In this document: positions 1-11,624 of the stretch, in pieces
Position numbering within the stretch: position 1 is the stretch's first letter
Layout: each line of letters begins with the position of its first letter
Source: Octopus sinensis
Lineage: Eukaryota
Reading direction: 5' to 3'
Length of the DNA: 64,000 bases
NCBI RefSeq assembly: GCF_006345805.1
Contig: NC_043010.1
Location: forward strand, 39,618,001-39,682,000
Translations under genes and position numbers: made by a program
The notes under the pieces: generated by a model
Told to the model about the DNA's origin: nothing
Database searches by the model: none
What the model saw: the letters and a program-made list of their open reading frames with translations, nothing else

Positions 1-611
1 AGTTATCCAGCCATTATATTGGGACGCCCTATAAATTCCGCCATCTCGTCAATCTCACTAAAAGCAATGTTTTAAATATGCTATCTTCGACCAAACATCT
101 TTATAAATAATATATATGTAATTTTAATTTTATTTTATCGCCATTTACTGTTTACATATTTATTCATTTATTTTGGCTGAAACATATTGGAGATTGAATT
201 TCGCTGCAATATTTAATAACGTTTTATGTAGAAGATATATTACATATGAGGAGAAAACTAAGTAACAATAGTCGTAGATATATTATCATTAGAAGGGCAC
301 TTAACGGCGCAAATATATAATCGTTAAAGTTTCAACTAGGGAAATGAACGCTTGCCGCCTGCGAAGACGAGGTGATGGAAGGTTAAGAAGACCTAGAGAT
401 TCTAATAATTACAAATTGAGAAATGAATTGTTCTGTGCTCTCACCATACACACATTTAGTGGAGTATCAAATTACATACATGGATACATGCATATATATA
501 TATATCTGTGTGTGCGGTATATGCGATTGTGTGTATATATGCATAGTTATACGTAAAGACATATTGGAATAAACATGACGTGCATATTGATGGTCATATA
601 CATACATACAT

Positions 612-652
<41 letters not shown>

Positions 653-803
653 CATACATACATACATACATACATTTATATATGCACAAAAAATACACAC
701 ACAAACACACACATATACAGGGTACGTTGAATAAATTGTCGTCTAAATTACGCAAAAATGATAACTTTGACATCTCATTAAACAGACATATTTACCAAAA
801 TTC

Positions 804-885
804 GTTCTGAGTTCAAATTCCGCCGAGGTCGAATTTACCTTCCATCCTTTCGTGGTCGACACATTAATTACCAGTTGCGTACTAA
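804..885 (+). mobile_element. SINE family B fragment (central domain)
   Basis: GTTCTGAGTTCAAATTCCGCCGAGGTCGA..CCTTCCATCCTTTCG.GGTCGA matches fuller copies at 56956 and 9468. Confidence 0.75.
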
Positions 886-915
886 ATATCGGGCATTGTG
901 CTTAGAATAGAATAT

Positions 916-1007
<92 letters not shown>

Positions 1008-1039
1008 CACAGACATCTATATGTGTATATTTGTGTGTG

Positions 1040-1248
1040 TGTCAGTGTTTGTCCGCCCTCCATCGCTTGGTAACCGATTGTGGTGTGTTCACGCCCCCGT
1101 AGCTTAGCGGTTTAGCAGAAGAGACCAATAGAATAAGTACTAAGCTTACAAAGAGCAAGTTCTGGAGTTGATTTGCTCGACTAAGGGCGGTGATCCGGCA
1201 TTGCGGCAGCCAAATGACTGAAACAATTATAAGAATAAAAGAATAAAT
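1040..1248 (+). mobile_element. SINE family A, 3' half
   Basis: Diverged match to 3' half of the 13081-13489 copy, ending GACTGAAACAA...AAGAATAAAAGAATAA. Confidence 0.85.
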
Positions 1249-1261
1249 GAAGAGATATATC

Positions 1262-1475
1262 GTTTTAGTCTTTATTCTTTTACTTGTTTCAGTCGTTTGA
1301 TTGTGGCCCTGCTGGAGCACCGGATGGAAGGGTTTTGGGTCGGACAAGTCGACCCCCAAGACTTATTTTTGAAGCCTAGTACTTATTCTATTGCCGAATT
1401 GCTATTATGCCGAACTGCTAAGTTATGGCGACGTAAAGACAACAACACCGGTTGTGGGGGACAACCAGAGACGGA
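1262..1475 (-). mobile_element. SINE family A, 3' half, diverged
   Basis: TTTTACTTGTTTCAGTC..TTGA.TGTGGCC.TGCTGGAGCACCG is the reverse complement of the family A tail. Confidence 0.8.
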
Positions 1476-1542
1476 AATATACAGACATATAAACATTTAC
1501 ATACACATAGATGGTGTGTATTGTGTACAGCAGTCCTTTTTC

Positions 1543-1709
1543 AGGAGTGGCTGGGTGGTAAGTTGCTTGCATACGAACCACATGGTTCTGGGTTCAGTCC
1601 CACTATGTGGCACCTTGGAAAGGTGTCTTCTACTATAGCCTCGGACCGTGCAAGGCCTTGTAAATGTATTTGGTAGACGAAAACTGAAAAGAAGCCCGTC
1701 GTATATATA
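1543..1709 (+). mobile_element. SINE family A, tRNA-derived 5' half
   Basis: A-box-like TGGCTGGGTGG, B-box-like GGTTCAGTCCC, core ending GGTAGACGAAAACTGAAAAGAAGCCCGTCG. Confidence 0.85.
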
Positions 1710-1711
1710 AT

Positions 1712-1918
1712 CTTTTACTTTTTTACTTGTTTCAGTCATTTGACTGCGGCCATGCTGGAGCACTGCCTTTAATCGAGCAACTCGACCCCGGGACTTATTC
1801 TTTTGTAAGCCCAGTACTTATTCTATCGGTCTCTTTTGCCGAACCGCTAAGTAACGGAGACATAAACACACCAGCATCGGTTGTCAAGCAATGCTAGGGG
1901 GACAAACACAACACGCAA

Positions 1919-1971
<53 letters not shown>

Positions 1972-2133
1972 TATGACGGGCTTCTTTTCAGTTTCCGTCT
2001 GCCAAATCCACTCACAAGGCTTCGGTCGGCCCGAGGCTATAGTAGAAGACACTTGCCATAGGTGCTACGCAGTGGGATGGAACCCGGAACAATGTGGTTG
2101 GTAAACAAGCTACTTACCACACAGCCACTCCTG
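1712..2133 (-). mobile_element. SINE family A, full length, internal (TA)n/(CA)n
   Basis: Reverse complement matches the 13081-13489 copy end to end. Confidence 0.9.
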
Positions 2134-2184
2134 ATATGTGAGTGAGTTTGTATGAATGTGTGTGTCTGTGTGTGTGTATGTTTG

Positions 2185-2385
2185 TGTGTCTGTGTTTGTC
2201 CCCATCATTGCTTGGCAACCGATACTGGTGTGTTTATGTGTCCGTAAACAAGCGGTGCGGCACAAGAAACCGATAGAATAAGTACTAGGCTTACAAATAA
2301 TAAGTCCTGGGGTCAATTTGCTCGACTAAAGGTGGTACTCCAGCATGGCTGCAGTCAAATTACTGAAACAAATAAAAGTAATAAA
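2185..2385 (+). mobile_element. SINE family A, 3' half
   Basis: Family tail GGGGTCAATTTGCTCGACTAAAGGTGGTACTCCAGCATGGCTGCAGTCAAAT. Confidence 0.85.
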
Positions 2386-2416
2386 GAAATATATATATAA
2401 ATTTCATTATGTTTAC

Positions 2417-2538
2417 CTGCATAATTGTCTCGATATTTGCTCATCTGGTTTTCTGTTATAGCCACTCTATACCCCACCCCTGTAAATTCCTCCCACGTAA
2501 AGTCATCGGAGTCTTTACCAAGAATCCTTGGATCTCTT
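2417..2538 (-). CDS. Possible isolated 122-nt coding exon (RDPRILGKDSDDFTWEEFTGVGYRVAITENQMSKYRDNYA)
   Basis: Minus strand CAACAG acceptor and GCAG|GTAAAC donor; one of three frames open; non-repetitive; protein not recognised. Confidence 0.3.
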
Positions 2539-3231
2539 CTGTTGAGATTTTGCATATATAAGTACGTATATGTAAATATACTTACATATGTGTATGTATA
2601 TATATATGAATTTGCGCGTGTGTGTATGCGTTTGTCTTTTTTGTGCGTGTTTAAGTGTATATAATCATATATACAATTATAAATTTGCTTGAACGACTTT
2701 ACTCTACTTGAAGATTTGAAGCCAATAGAGCGTATCTTTGCAATCCTGACATGAGCCATATGCCTGGCAACTGGTGGTTGTGCCATCCACCACAACGTCA
2801 CATCAGCCAATTAGTTGCGTAATTCACTATATATAAAACATATGGAACGTGCTTAGTCGGAAGGTACATGCCATTTATTCAATGTGTGACAAAGCAGGAC
2901 TTGTCATACGCTCTAAGATGCTAATTTGTGCTGGGACTCTGTTCAAAGTGCACCCGCATTTCCATTAATTAGCTACCAAAAACACTAATTCCATGCGTAA
3001 GTGAATTCATTTGAACAAAACGATTGCGATAATTCACTAACGTTGCCAGTGAAAACCCATTTATTTTATTAGTTAGTTCAATAAGTGTTTGTACCTTGCA
3101 TACAAAGACACGGAATTCTATAACAGTTTGAATGGATATGTGCTCTCTAATACAACTATTCAGTTTATGAACTGCAGGGAGATGAAAAAAATGTGCATTG
3201 GAATATTTATGTGAATTGATAACATAAAATG

Positions 3232-3345
3232 GACAAAGAATTAAGTCATATATAAAATATGAATCAACGAAGTTGAGAAGGGAATATAGAGAGATTTCAC
3301 AATCATGAATAGTGACCAGGCTGACAGCATCAGGTTTCTATTACA
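3232..3345 (-). repeat. Dispersed repeat shared with 9622-9722
   Basis: CTGATGCTGTCAGCCTG.TCACT.TTCAT.ATTGTGAA...TATATTCCCTTCTCAACTT...GATTCATATTTTATAT..GACTTAATTCTTTGTCCA at both loci. Confidence 0.8.
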
Positions 3346-3540
3346 AAAGTCACATTTACAGTGATACATGCACACGAAATCACACGACAAAACACACACA
3401 CACACACACACACATACACACACACACAGATACAGACACATACTCACAAATATCCACACACACAAATACAGTTCATGATAAATATAGAAATTGATAAGCA
3501 GTGAGGTGGATAGAGGGATGCAAAATGGGCAAAAATAGGT

Positions 3541-3603
<63 letters not shown>

Positions 3604-3750
3604 CGTGTGTATGTGTATGTATATACATATATATATTTATATATATTATATCTATATATAATATATATATATAATATATATATATATGTGTGTGGTGTGT
3701 GTGCGTGTGTATGTGTATGTATATACATATATATATTTATTATATATATC

Positions 3751-3855
<105 letters not shown>

Positions 3856-3961
3856 TATATGGTCGAATAAACAAATAGGCTGCGAGACACAAAAAGAGAC
3901 TGACAAAAAAGTAGATTGGTAAATAAATAGATATTCCCTTAAAATTCATTACTGATGTTTA

Positions 3962-4627
3962 AATATAGATGTTTTCGGTCTTATTTGGATTCTTTGCCAC
4001 CAAATTTGAATTTTTTGCCATCAAATTTGAATTCTTTGCAATCAAATTCGAATTCTTTGCAATCAAATTTGAATTTTTCAATTGGTGCACAAGCCTTGAA
4101 AAAAAGAGAGAGTTAAACTACATAAGCCGCAAGGGAATACATGTCTATCTTATCTAACTTGTCCGGTAGAGCCCACCAATTGATATCTGAAAAGTTCGAT
4201 GAAATAACTCATGAACACTGCGATAGCTTCTACCAAATTATGCTTCAATATATTTACGTCTTCGACCGATCTGAACAAGGGGTACCAAAATATGCTTCAA
4301 CATAATTACGTCGTCGATCGGTCTGAACAACGGGAGATAATAGAAAAAGAATCATTCGTTTATTATCTCCACTTGTTCAGACCGGTCGACGACGTAAATA
4401 TGTTGAAGCATATTTTGGTAGAAGCTATCGCAGTGTTCATGAGTTATATCATCGAACTTTTCAGATATCAATTGGTGGGCTCTACTGGACGAGTTAGATA
4501 AGATAGACATGTATTCCCTTGCGGCTGATGTAGTTTAACTCTCTCTTTTTTTTCAAGGCTTGAGCGCCAATTGAAGAATTCAAATTTGATGACAAAGAAT
4601 CTAAACTAGATCAAAAACATCTATATT
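3962..4627. mobile_element. ~665-bp imperfect fold-back (MITE-like hairpin)
   Basis: Termini AATATAGATGTTTT / AAAACATCTATATT; arms complementary to a short loop near 4335; left arm has a ~21-bp tandem expansion and an internal ~55-bp duplication. Confidence 0.8.
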
Positions 4628-4764
4628 AAAATACCTGCAGTAATCAATTTTGTTTACGTGAGTACACAGATGTAAATAACCTCAAACACACTCAGGCAAT
4701 GCAGATCTTACACACGCACACATACATACACATATACACATGCATATATGTACACGTATGTCGG

Positions 4765-5096
4765 GGCACTCCGTCGGTTACGTCGACGAGGGTTCCAGTT
4801 GATCCAATGTACGTAATAGCCGGCTCGTCAAATTAACGTACAAGTGGCTGAGCAGTTCACAGACACGTGTACCCTTAACGTAGTTCTCAGGGAGATTCAG
4901 CATGACACAGAATGTGACAAGGCTCGCCCTTTGAAATACAGGTACAACAGAAACAGGAAGAAGGAGTGAGAGAAAGTTGTGGTGAAAGAGTATAGCAGGT
5001 TTCGCCACCACACGCTGTCGGAGTCTTGTGGAGCTTTGGGTGGTTTTGGTGAATAAAATATCACAAAACCCGGTTTGGGAATCGATCCTAGAACGG
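4765..5096 (-). mobile_element. SINE family C (tRNA-derived)
   Basis: Tail GGCACTCCGTCGGTTACG.CGACGAGGGTTCCAG and body shared with 61692-62045. Confidence 0.85.
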
Positions 5097-5101
5097 AGAT
5101 C

Positions 5102-5412
5102 TTCGTCGGTTACGACGACGGGGGTTCCAGCTAATACGACCAACGGAACAACTTGCTCGTGGGATTAACATGCAACTGGCTGAGCACTCAACGTGTACCT
5201 TTAACATAGTTCGCAGGGAGATTCAGCGTGACACAGGCTGTGACAAGGCCGGCTCTTCGAAATACAGGTACTACTTATTTTTTCCAGCTGAGTGGACTGG
5301 ATCACGTGAAATAAAGTGTCTTGCTCAAAGACACAACGCGTCGCCAGGAATTGAACTCAGAACTTCGCTCATACACCGACAACATCTTGAACACTATGCT
5401 ACGCGCCTTCAC
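5102..5412 (-). mobile_element. SINE family C variant (same tail, different central domain)
   Basis: Tail as 4765 copy, then CCAGCTGAGTGGACTGGATCACGTGAAATAAAGTGTCTTGCTCAAAGACAC and a decayed tRNA head. Confidence 0.8.
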
Positions 5413-5424
5413 TACGTATTTATG

Positions 5425-5503
<79 letters not shown>

Positions 5504-5602
5504 CATATATATGTATATATATATATATGTATATGTATATTAATATATATATATGTATATATATATATATGTATGTATATGTGTGTGTATATATGTATAA
5601 TG

Positions 5603-5639
<37 letters not shown>

Positions 5640-5642
<3 letters not shown>

Positions 5643-5880
5643 ATATATATATATATATAAAACTGAGAATGTGTCTGTCTGTTTGTTTGTGTGTTTCCCT
5701 AAAACTTGAGAAACTACACAGCCAATTTCATTCAAATTTTACGCATGCCTTACTTAGAGTCCATGTAGTTTCATGGACAAAAGAAATGTTCAACTTCTTG
5801 CCTAGAGCGAGCCCATAGCAATATCATATCTTCTCCACTATTTCAGTATTACGTGTTAAATTAGAAACTAAAACATTTCT
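5640..5880 (+). mobile_element. Non-autonomous Helitron-like 5' end
   Basis: TCTATATATATATATATATAAAACTGAGAATGTGTCTGTCTGT resembles the TC-start of invertebrate non-autonomous Helitrons; right limit uncertain. Confidence 0.5.
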
Positions 5881-6194
5881 CTATTTTATGTCAGATACTT
5901 TCACTTTAACAATAAAAATAATAATAACAATTGAATTATATGTAGTATGTAATAATTAAAATCAAACTAAAGTATAATAAAATCGTAACATAGCAAAAGT
6001 AAAAATAGCAATTGGTATAAAATTGCATCAATGACTTGAACTTGAATAAGTGGTTTCACATGGATGGGAATAAATTAAAAATAAAATTAGCGTGGAGAAA
6101 TGGAATTGTCCAGATGGATAATAAAAAATTAAATTAAAGAAAAGACTATTGTCTATAGAGTATAGAATGTAGAGCAAAAAGATTTGAACACATG

Positions 6195-6547
6195 GAGGAA
6201 AGCACCTTCGAAAAGTGTCTTGGTGCGACTATGAAAGATATCAAATCAGAGGCGGTAAATTCGCCACAATAGAAGCCACAATAGAAGCAAAGTTCGAGTC
6301 AACGGAGCGTGCAAGGGAGTACTCGACTCGAACTTGCAAAGTGGAAATATTTTATGTTCACCTTTATATCTGGGACTTAGGACGTCCTGGAAAAAATTTA
6401 AAATACCCCCCCCCAGAAGTAGAGGTAGGCTGGATTGTAGTCACACTTCTATACAAGAGGGAGGACAAGATACAATTGATCGAAATTACAAGAGACGGGC
6501 TAACGATATTCCAGTCTGTTATATATTTTGAGTATTGCTATCACTAG
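6195..6547 (+). pseudogene. Frameshifted fragment resembling a LINE ORF1 (RRM-like) region
   Basis: GC-richer island; joined frames read GGKFATIEAKFESTERAREYS / GNILCSPLYLGLRTSWKKFKIP / PEVEVGWIVVTLL; family assignment from recall only. Confidence 0.35.
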
Positions 6548-6648
6548 CGATATGAAGATATAACTTTGTATTTTGTATTTTATGTGTAGTTGCATATATA
6601 TAGATGTACATGTAATATGTACACATATATATACACATATACACATGC

Positions 6649-6691
6649 ACTAGCACTATGACCCGGCAACGACGGGGTCTTTAATGCTAGT
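6649..6691 (+). mobile_element. Helitron-like 3' terminus
   Basis: ACTAGCACTATGACCCGGCAACGACGGGGTCTTTAATGCTAGT: GC hairpin then CTAG-T. Confidence 0.65.
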
Positions 6692-6942
6692 ATATATGTA
6701 TATATGCACAATTATAATCAGGGGTCAGCTAATTGCTTCACAACGAACCGAATTTAGAAATAGAAGTTAAATGCTACAATTGTCTACTAGTATTTTAGGT
6801 AAAATACTAGTAGAAGGTTATTTTTTAAAATGTTATTTTAACCTACCGAACAGTAAAATTATTAATTATTAATTAATTGATGAATTAATTTATTTATTTT
6901 ACCTTATTATTATTATTGAAATTATATATATCCCCATATATG

Positions 6943-7225
6943 TAGGCGCGTGGGTTAGTGGTTAGGGCATTAGGCTTGTCCTTGGGAAGACATTTTATTT
7001 CAAGGTGCTCCAGTCCACTCAGCTGGCAAAAATGAGTAGTACCTCTATATCAAGGGGACAGCCTTGTCACATCCCGTTTTACGCTGAATCTCCCTGAGAA
7101 GTATATGAAGGGGTATGCGTGTCTGTGGAGTGCTCAACCACTTACACGTTAATCTCTTGAGCTGGTGGCTGTTCCGCTGATTGAATCAACTGGAAACCTC
7201 GTCGTCGTAAGCGACGGAATGTCAG
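6943..7225 (+). mobile_element. SINE family C variant, diverged
   Basis: Head AGGCGCGTGGGTTAGTGGTTAGGGCA, GTCCTTGGGAAGACA core, tail CTCGTCGTCGTAAGCGACGGAATG. Confidence 0.8.
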
Positions 7226-7242
7226 TAGTATATATGCACACA

Positions 7243-7460
7243 TAAGTGGAGGCTGAAAAGTACGTGGCTTTGGGCAAAAGAAATGACAGGAGGATCAATT
7301 ACTTATGATTTTATTCAACATATACCCCTTTCAGATTCACACACTTATTGCTGCGATCCTTCAGTTTTTTTTAAGCCCTATGAAAGAAGTCGGAATTCCG
7401 GGCCTCCAACCGGGCCTTATATTACATCCTTACAGCCCGGACCTTTTCAGTAGGTCACGT
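7243..7460 (-). mobile_element. Mariner-derived MITE (~220 bp)
   Basis: Reverse complement of 57601-57820; decayed TIRs GCTGAAAAGT / CTTTTCAG. Confidence 0.7.
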
Positions 7461-7462
7461 GC

Positions 7463-7534
<72 letters not shown>

Positions 7535-7560
7535 TTATTTATCTATCTATCTATCTATCT
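7463..7560 (+). repeat. (CTAT)n microsatellite, followed by (TA)n
   Basis: Direct inspection. Confidence 0.95.
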
Positions 7561-7575
7561 ATATCTATATATATA

Positions 7576-7630
<55 letters not shown>

Positions 7631-7695
7631 TATATATATATATATTATATAATAAATATATATAAATATATAATATATAAATATATATATACATG

Positions 7696-7732
<37 letters not shown>

Positions 7733-7837
7733 GCAAATATATTATATATACATACATATATATATATATATATACATAAATACGTATATATATATGTATA
7801 TATATATTTATATGTATATATGTATGTATGTATAGAT

Positions 7838-7902
7838 ATATTTTATCCTTTTCCTTTTACTTGTTCCAGTCATTCGACTGCAGCCATGCTGGAGCAACGC
7901 CT
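7838..7902 (-). mobile_element. SINE family A tail fragment
   Basis: TTTTACTTGTTCCAGTCATTCGACTGCAGCCATGCTGGAGCA. Confidence 0.7.
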
Positions 7903-8386
7903 TATATATGCGCACACATAAACGCATCGCGCGCGCACACTCCCGCATACGTACACATGCACACACTCACACACACACACACACACATATACACGCATAT
8001 AATGCACATTTCATAAACGCACGCAAGGCTTTGTCATTCGTTGATGATATGTCTTCCGACCCTTCACATTTTCAGTATTAATAACATTATCAGCCTTTTC
8101 ATTTGACCTTGGACATGAAAACATTCATAATACTTGATTTAAAAAAGCGTTAATTAATCACACTCACATTATGTGGAATACAAGCGATCTGAAATATTTA
8201 CACGATATTGCGATATACATATAATGATGTGTTATTGGAATTAATAATCATCATTTGAAGATATGAAGACAAATTAATATAATCAATATACCACGTTCCC
8301 ATTATCAATTTGCCAAATGATACGATGCGCCACTAAGTGACTATCATATGCATACACACAAATACACAGACACATATGTATACGTG

Positions 8387-8422
<36 letters not shown>

Positions 8423-8789
8423 ATATGTGTGTGTGTATATGTGTGAGTGTATATATATGTATGTGTATATGTGTGAATGAATATATATGCATATGTATGT
8501 ATATGCGTGTGTGTGTGTGTGTGTTTGTATATGTGCGTGTGTGTGGGTGTAAGGAAAAGAACTGCGTGAGTGATATGGGATGATCGCATGTAGAATCGTT
8601 GTTTAACAGCAACCAAGGATAATAACTGCTGTAAAAATATGAAAATTACAATGTTGATTTTGATTTTAATAAACAGCACCGTCGCCACTACTGCTATCAC
8701 CAGCGCACTGCTGCTACTGCTACTACTACTACTACTGCTTCTACTACTACTGCACTACTGCTATAGTTGCAGCTGCTCTTGCTGTTGAG

Positions 8790-9130
8790 CGAAGCGGTCT
8801 TCGTTCCATGTCTGGGAGAAGTCCGAAACGTGGTCCTTTGCTATTCGTAAGAAAGCAGGTCAACCCCCGACAACGAGAGCATCGACGGATGGATGAATGC
8901 GCATACAGGCTGAGCGGTTGCGTAGGAAATCGGGGACAAGAAACAGGAAGAAAGAGTGAGAGAAACCTGGAGCGAAAGAGTACAACAAGGGTCGCCACCA
9001 CCCGCTGCCGGAGCCTCGTGGAACTTTAGGTGTATTCGCTCAATAAACACACACAACGCCCAGTGTGGGAATCGAAACCGCGATCTTCCGACCGCGAGTC
9101 CGCAGTGCCAACCATTGGGCCATTGCGGCT
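8790..9130 (-). mobile_element. SINE with family C head and a different 3' tail
   Basis: Minus-strand A box TGGCCCAATGG and B box GGTTTCGATTCC (9056-9130); body shared with 4765 copy down to ~8940, then unrelated GC-rich tail. Confidence 0.75.
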
Positions 9131-9467
9131 AACACTGCAGCTGCCGCTGCCGGTGTAGTTCATACTGCTACATCTGATGGTTTCTAATTTAGCAACAAAG
9201 CCAGCAGTTTTGAAGAGTTCGGGAACTACACCAGTACTAGTCGGGTAATATATTTTAATGACCCCAGCCTCACGAGAAGATAAAAAGCGAAATTGAAATT
9301 GATTTTGGTTTGATTTGAACTTAGAATGCAAAGTTTCGAAAGAGATTACTGCGAGGCATTCTTTACGATGGTCTTAAGACTTATCCAACATATTGCCATG
9401 ATAATCACAATGATGGTTTCAAAATTTGGTAAAAGTCTAGCAATTTTTTGATCGATGTATTATATAT

Positions 9468-9621
9468 TTCTTTACTACCCACAAGGGGCTAAACATAGAG
9501 GGGACAAACAAGGACTGACAAACGGATTAAGTCGATTACATCGACCCCAGTACGCAACTGGTACTTTATTTATCGACCCCGAAAGGGATGAAAGGCAAAG
9601 TCGACCTCGGCGTAATTTGAA
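9468..9621 (-). mobile_element. SINE family B, 3' part
   Basis: Reverse complement of 57188-57370. Confidence 0.9.
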
Positions 9622-9722
9622 CTGATGCTGTCAGCCTGATCACTGTTCATTATTGTGAATTTTCTTTATATTCCCTTCTCAACTTTGCCGATTCATATTT
9701 TATATGACTTAATTCTTTGTCC
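9622..9722 (+). repeat. Dispersed repeat shared with 3232-3345
   Basis: See 3232-3345. Confidence 0.8.
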
Positions 9723-9904
9723 AGTACCTCCAGTACTTATGTGATACTGTATATTATACCAATCCACAATAGACCAAAGTAGAATTTGAATTCAGGTCAT
9801 AAAAATTCGAAAGAAATACTGCTTGCATTTTGTCCAACTCGCTTGATATTCTGCTACTTCAACTCCTAAGAAATAATAATTATTATTATTTCTATTATAA
9901 GCAC

Positions 9905-10108
9905 TTGACTTGAAATTTGTTGTGTGGGGGGGGGGTGAATAGTCCATTACATTGACTCCAGTGCTTCATTGGTACTTGATTTAACGATCCTGAAAGGATG
10001 AAAGGTAAAGTCGACCATGGCAAAATTGAACCCAAAGCGTGAAGACGGATGAAATGCCGCCAAGCATTTCGCCCGGCGTCCTAACGATTCGGCCAGTTCA
10101 CCACCACC

Positions 10109-10170
<62 letters not shown>

Positions 10171-10577
10171 AAGGAGAGGAAGAAGAAGAAGTACAACAAC
10201 AACAACTACAGCAGCAACAACAATAATAAAAATAATCCTTTTTACTAAAGGCTCAAATCTTGAAATTTGTAGGGCGGGGACTAGTCGGTTATTTTGACTC
10301 TGAAAAGTTGAAAGGCAAAGTCGAACTCAGAATGTAGCGATGGGTAAAATACCGCTCATCATTTCGTCCAGCGCAATAATGATTGTGCCACTTCACCGCC
10401 GTAATATTAGTAATAATTCAATCTATTATAAGTACAATGCCTGAAATTTCGGGGCAGGGTACTAGTCGATTACAGCGACTCCAGTGTTTGTTTGGCATTT
10501 AATTTATCGACCCTGAAAGGATGAAAGGCAAAGCTAACCTCGGCACCACAATTTGAACTCAGAATATAGCGACGAGC

Positions 10578-10580
<3 letters not shown>
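9905..10580 (-). mobile_element. Three same-orientation SINE family B copies (9905-10102, 10255-10400, 10432-10580) interleaved with trinucleotide repeats
   Basis: Each contains the GAAAG.(A/T)TGAAAGG(C/T)AAAG motif and TTGAAATTT / CTGAAATTT tail. Confidence 0.8.
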
Positions 10581-10653
<73 letters not shown>

Positions 10654-10657
<4 letters not shown>

Positions 10658-11211
10658 GCCCTGATGCAGTACCAGGCAGTGGCTCTCATGGCTTCTGATC
10701 TTAACTGATTGGAAGTGTTATCATGTACATTGTTTTGTCTTGGTATAAAAGATGGGCTACAGCAAATATTCTGCTCAATACCACAGATTTGCTTGTCAGT
10801 TGTTTGACCTTAATCAGTTGAGCATGTCCCTTAGTGGCTGACGATATGTGCATCTCTGATCACGAGCAGAAGTAGTGGGGGAGCATCATAGCCATGTGTT
10901 GAGAGGGATTCTTTGGGGTTTGAATAGTTCACCTCTGGAAACATGGGTGGTTCTTTCAACATCCTTAAACAACCCTTATTCAGGGACCGTTTGAGCGGGA
11001 TGGGTTACTCAACCTGAAGAAAATTCTAACTGGGCCCCACCTGCAAGGTCATGTGCTGTTTATCTTGATATGAAATCACCATGTCGCGCACATATGGTTG
11101 TGATGCATGTGCCTGGTGTACCTTTATCAGACAGGTAGTCATGATGGGTATATTGGGCTTCGTATATTTTACCCCAGTGTCACTTTGATGGCATGAACTG
11201 CTCTCTCACTC
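10654..11211 (-). mobile_element. Element D (~555 bp) embedded in (AAT)n
   Basis: Reverse complement of 22883-23437 and 59512-60068 with the same ends; (AAT)n on both sides. Confidence 0.9.
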
Positions 11212-11452
<241 letters not shown>

Positions 11453-11567
11453 TTCCAATTTTGCCAGAAGAGTAAATAAGTATATTTATGTGTCACCTTA
11501 ATCTGCTAGCGATGGACAGCTGCCACTTTCCATCATACCCAGCAAAATGATCTGAGAATTTTCCTGA

Positions 11568-11624
<57 letters not shown>

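Noticed and set aside
2700-2810. EDLKPIERIFAIL resembling a DDE transposase motif
   Set aside because: Single short motif without supporting context
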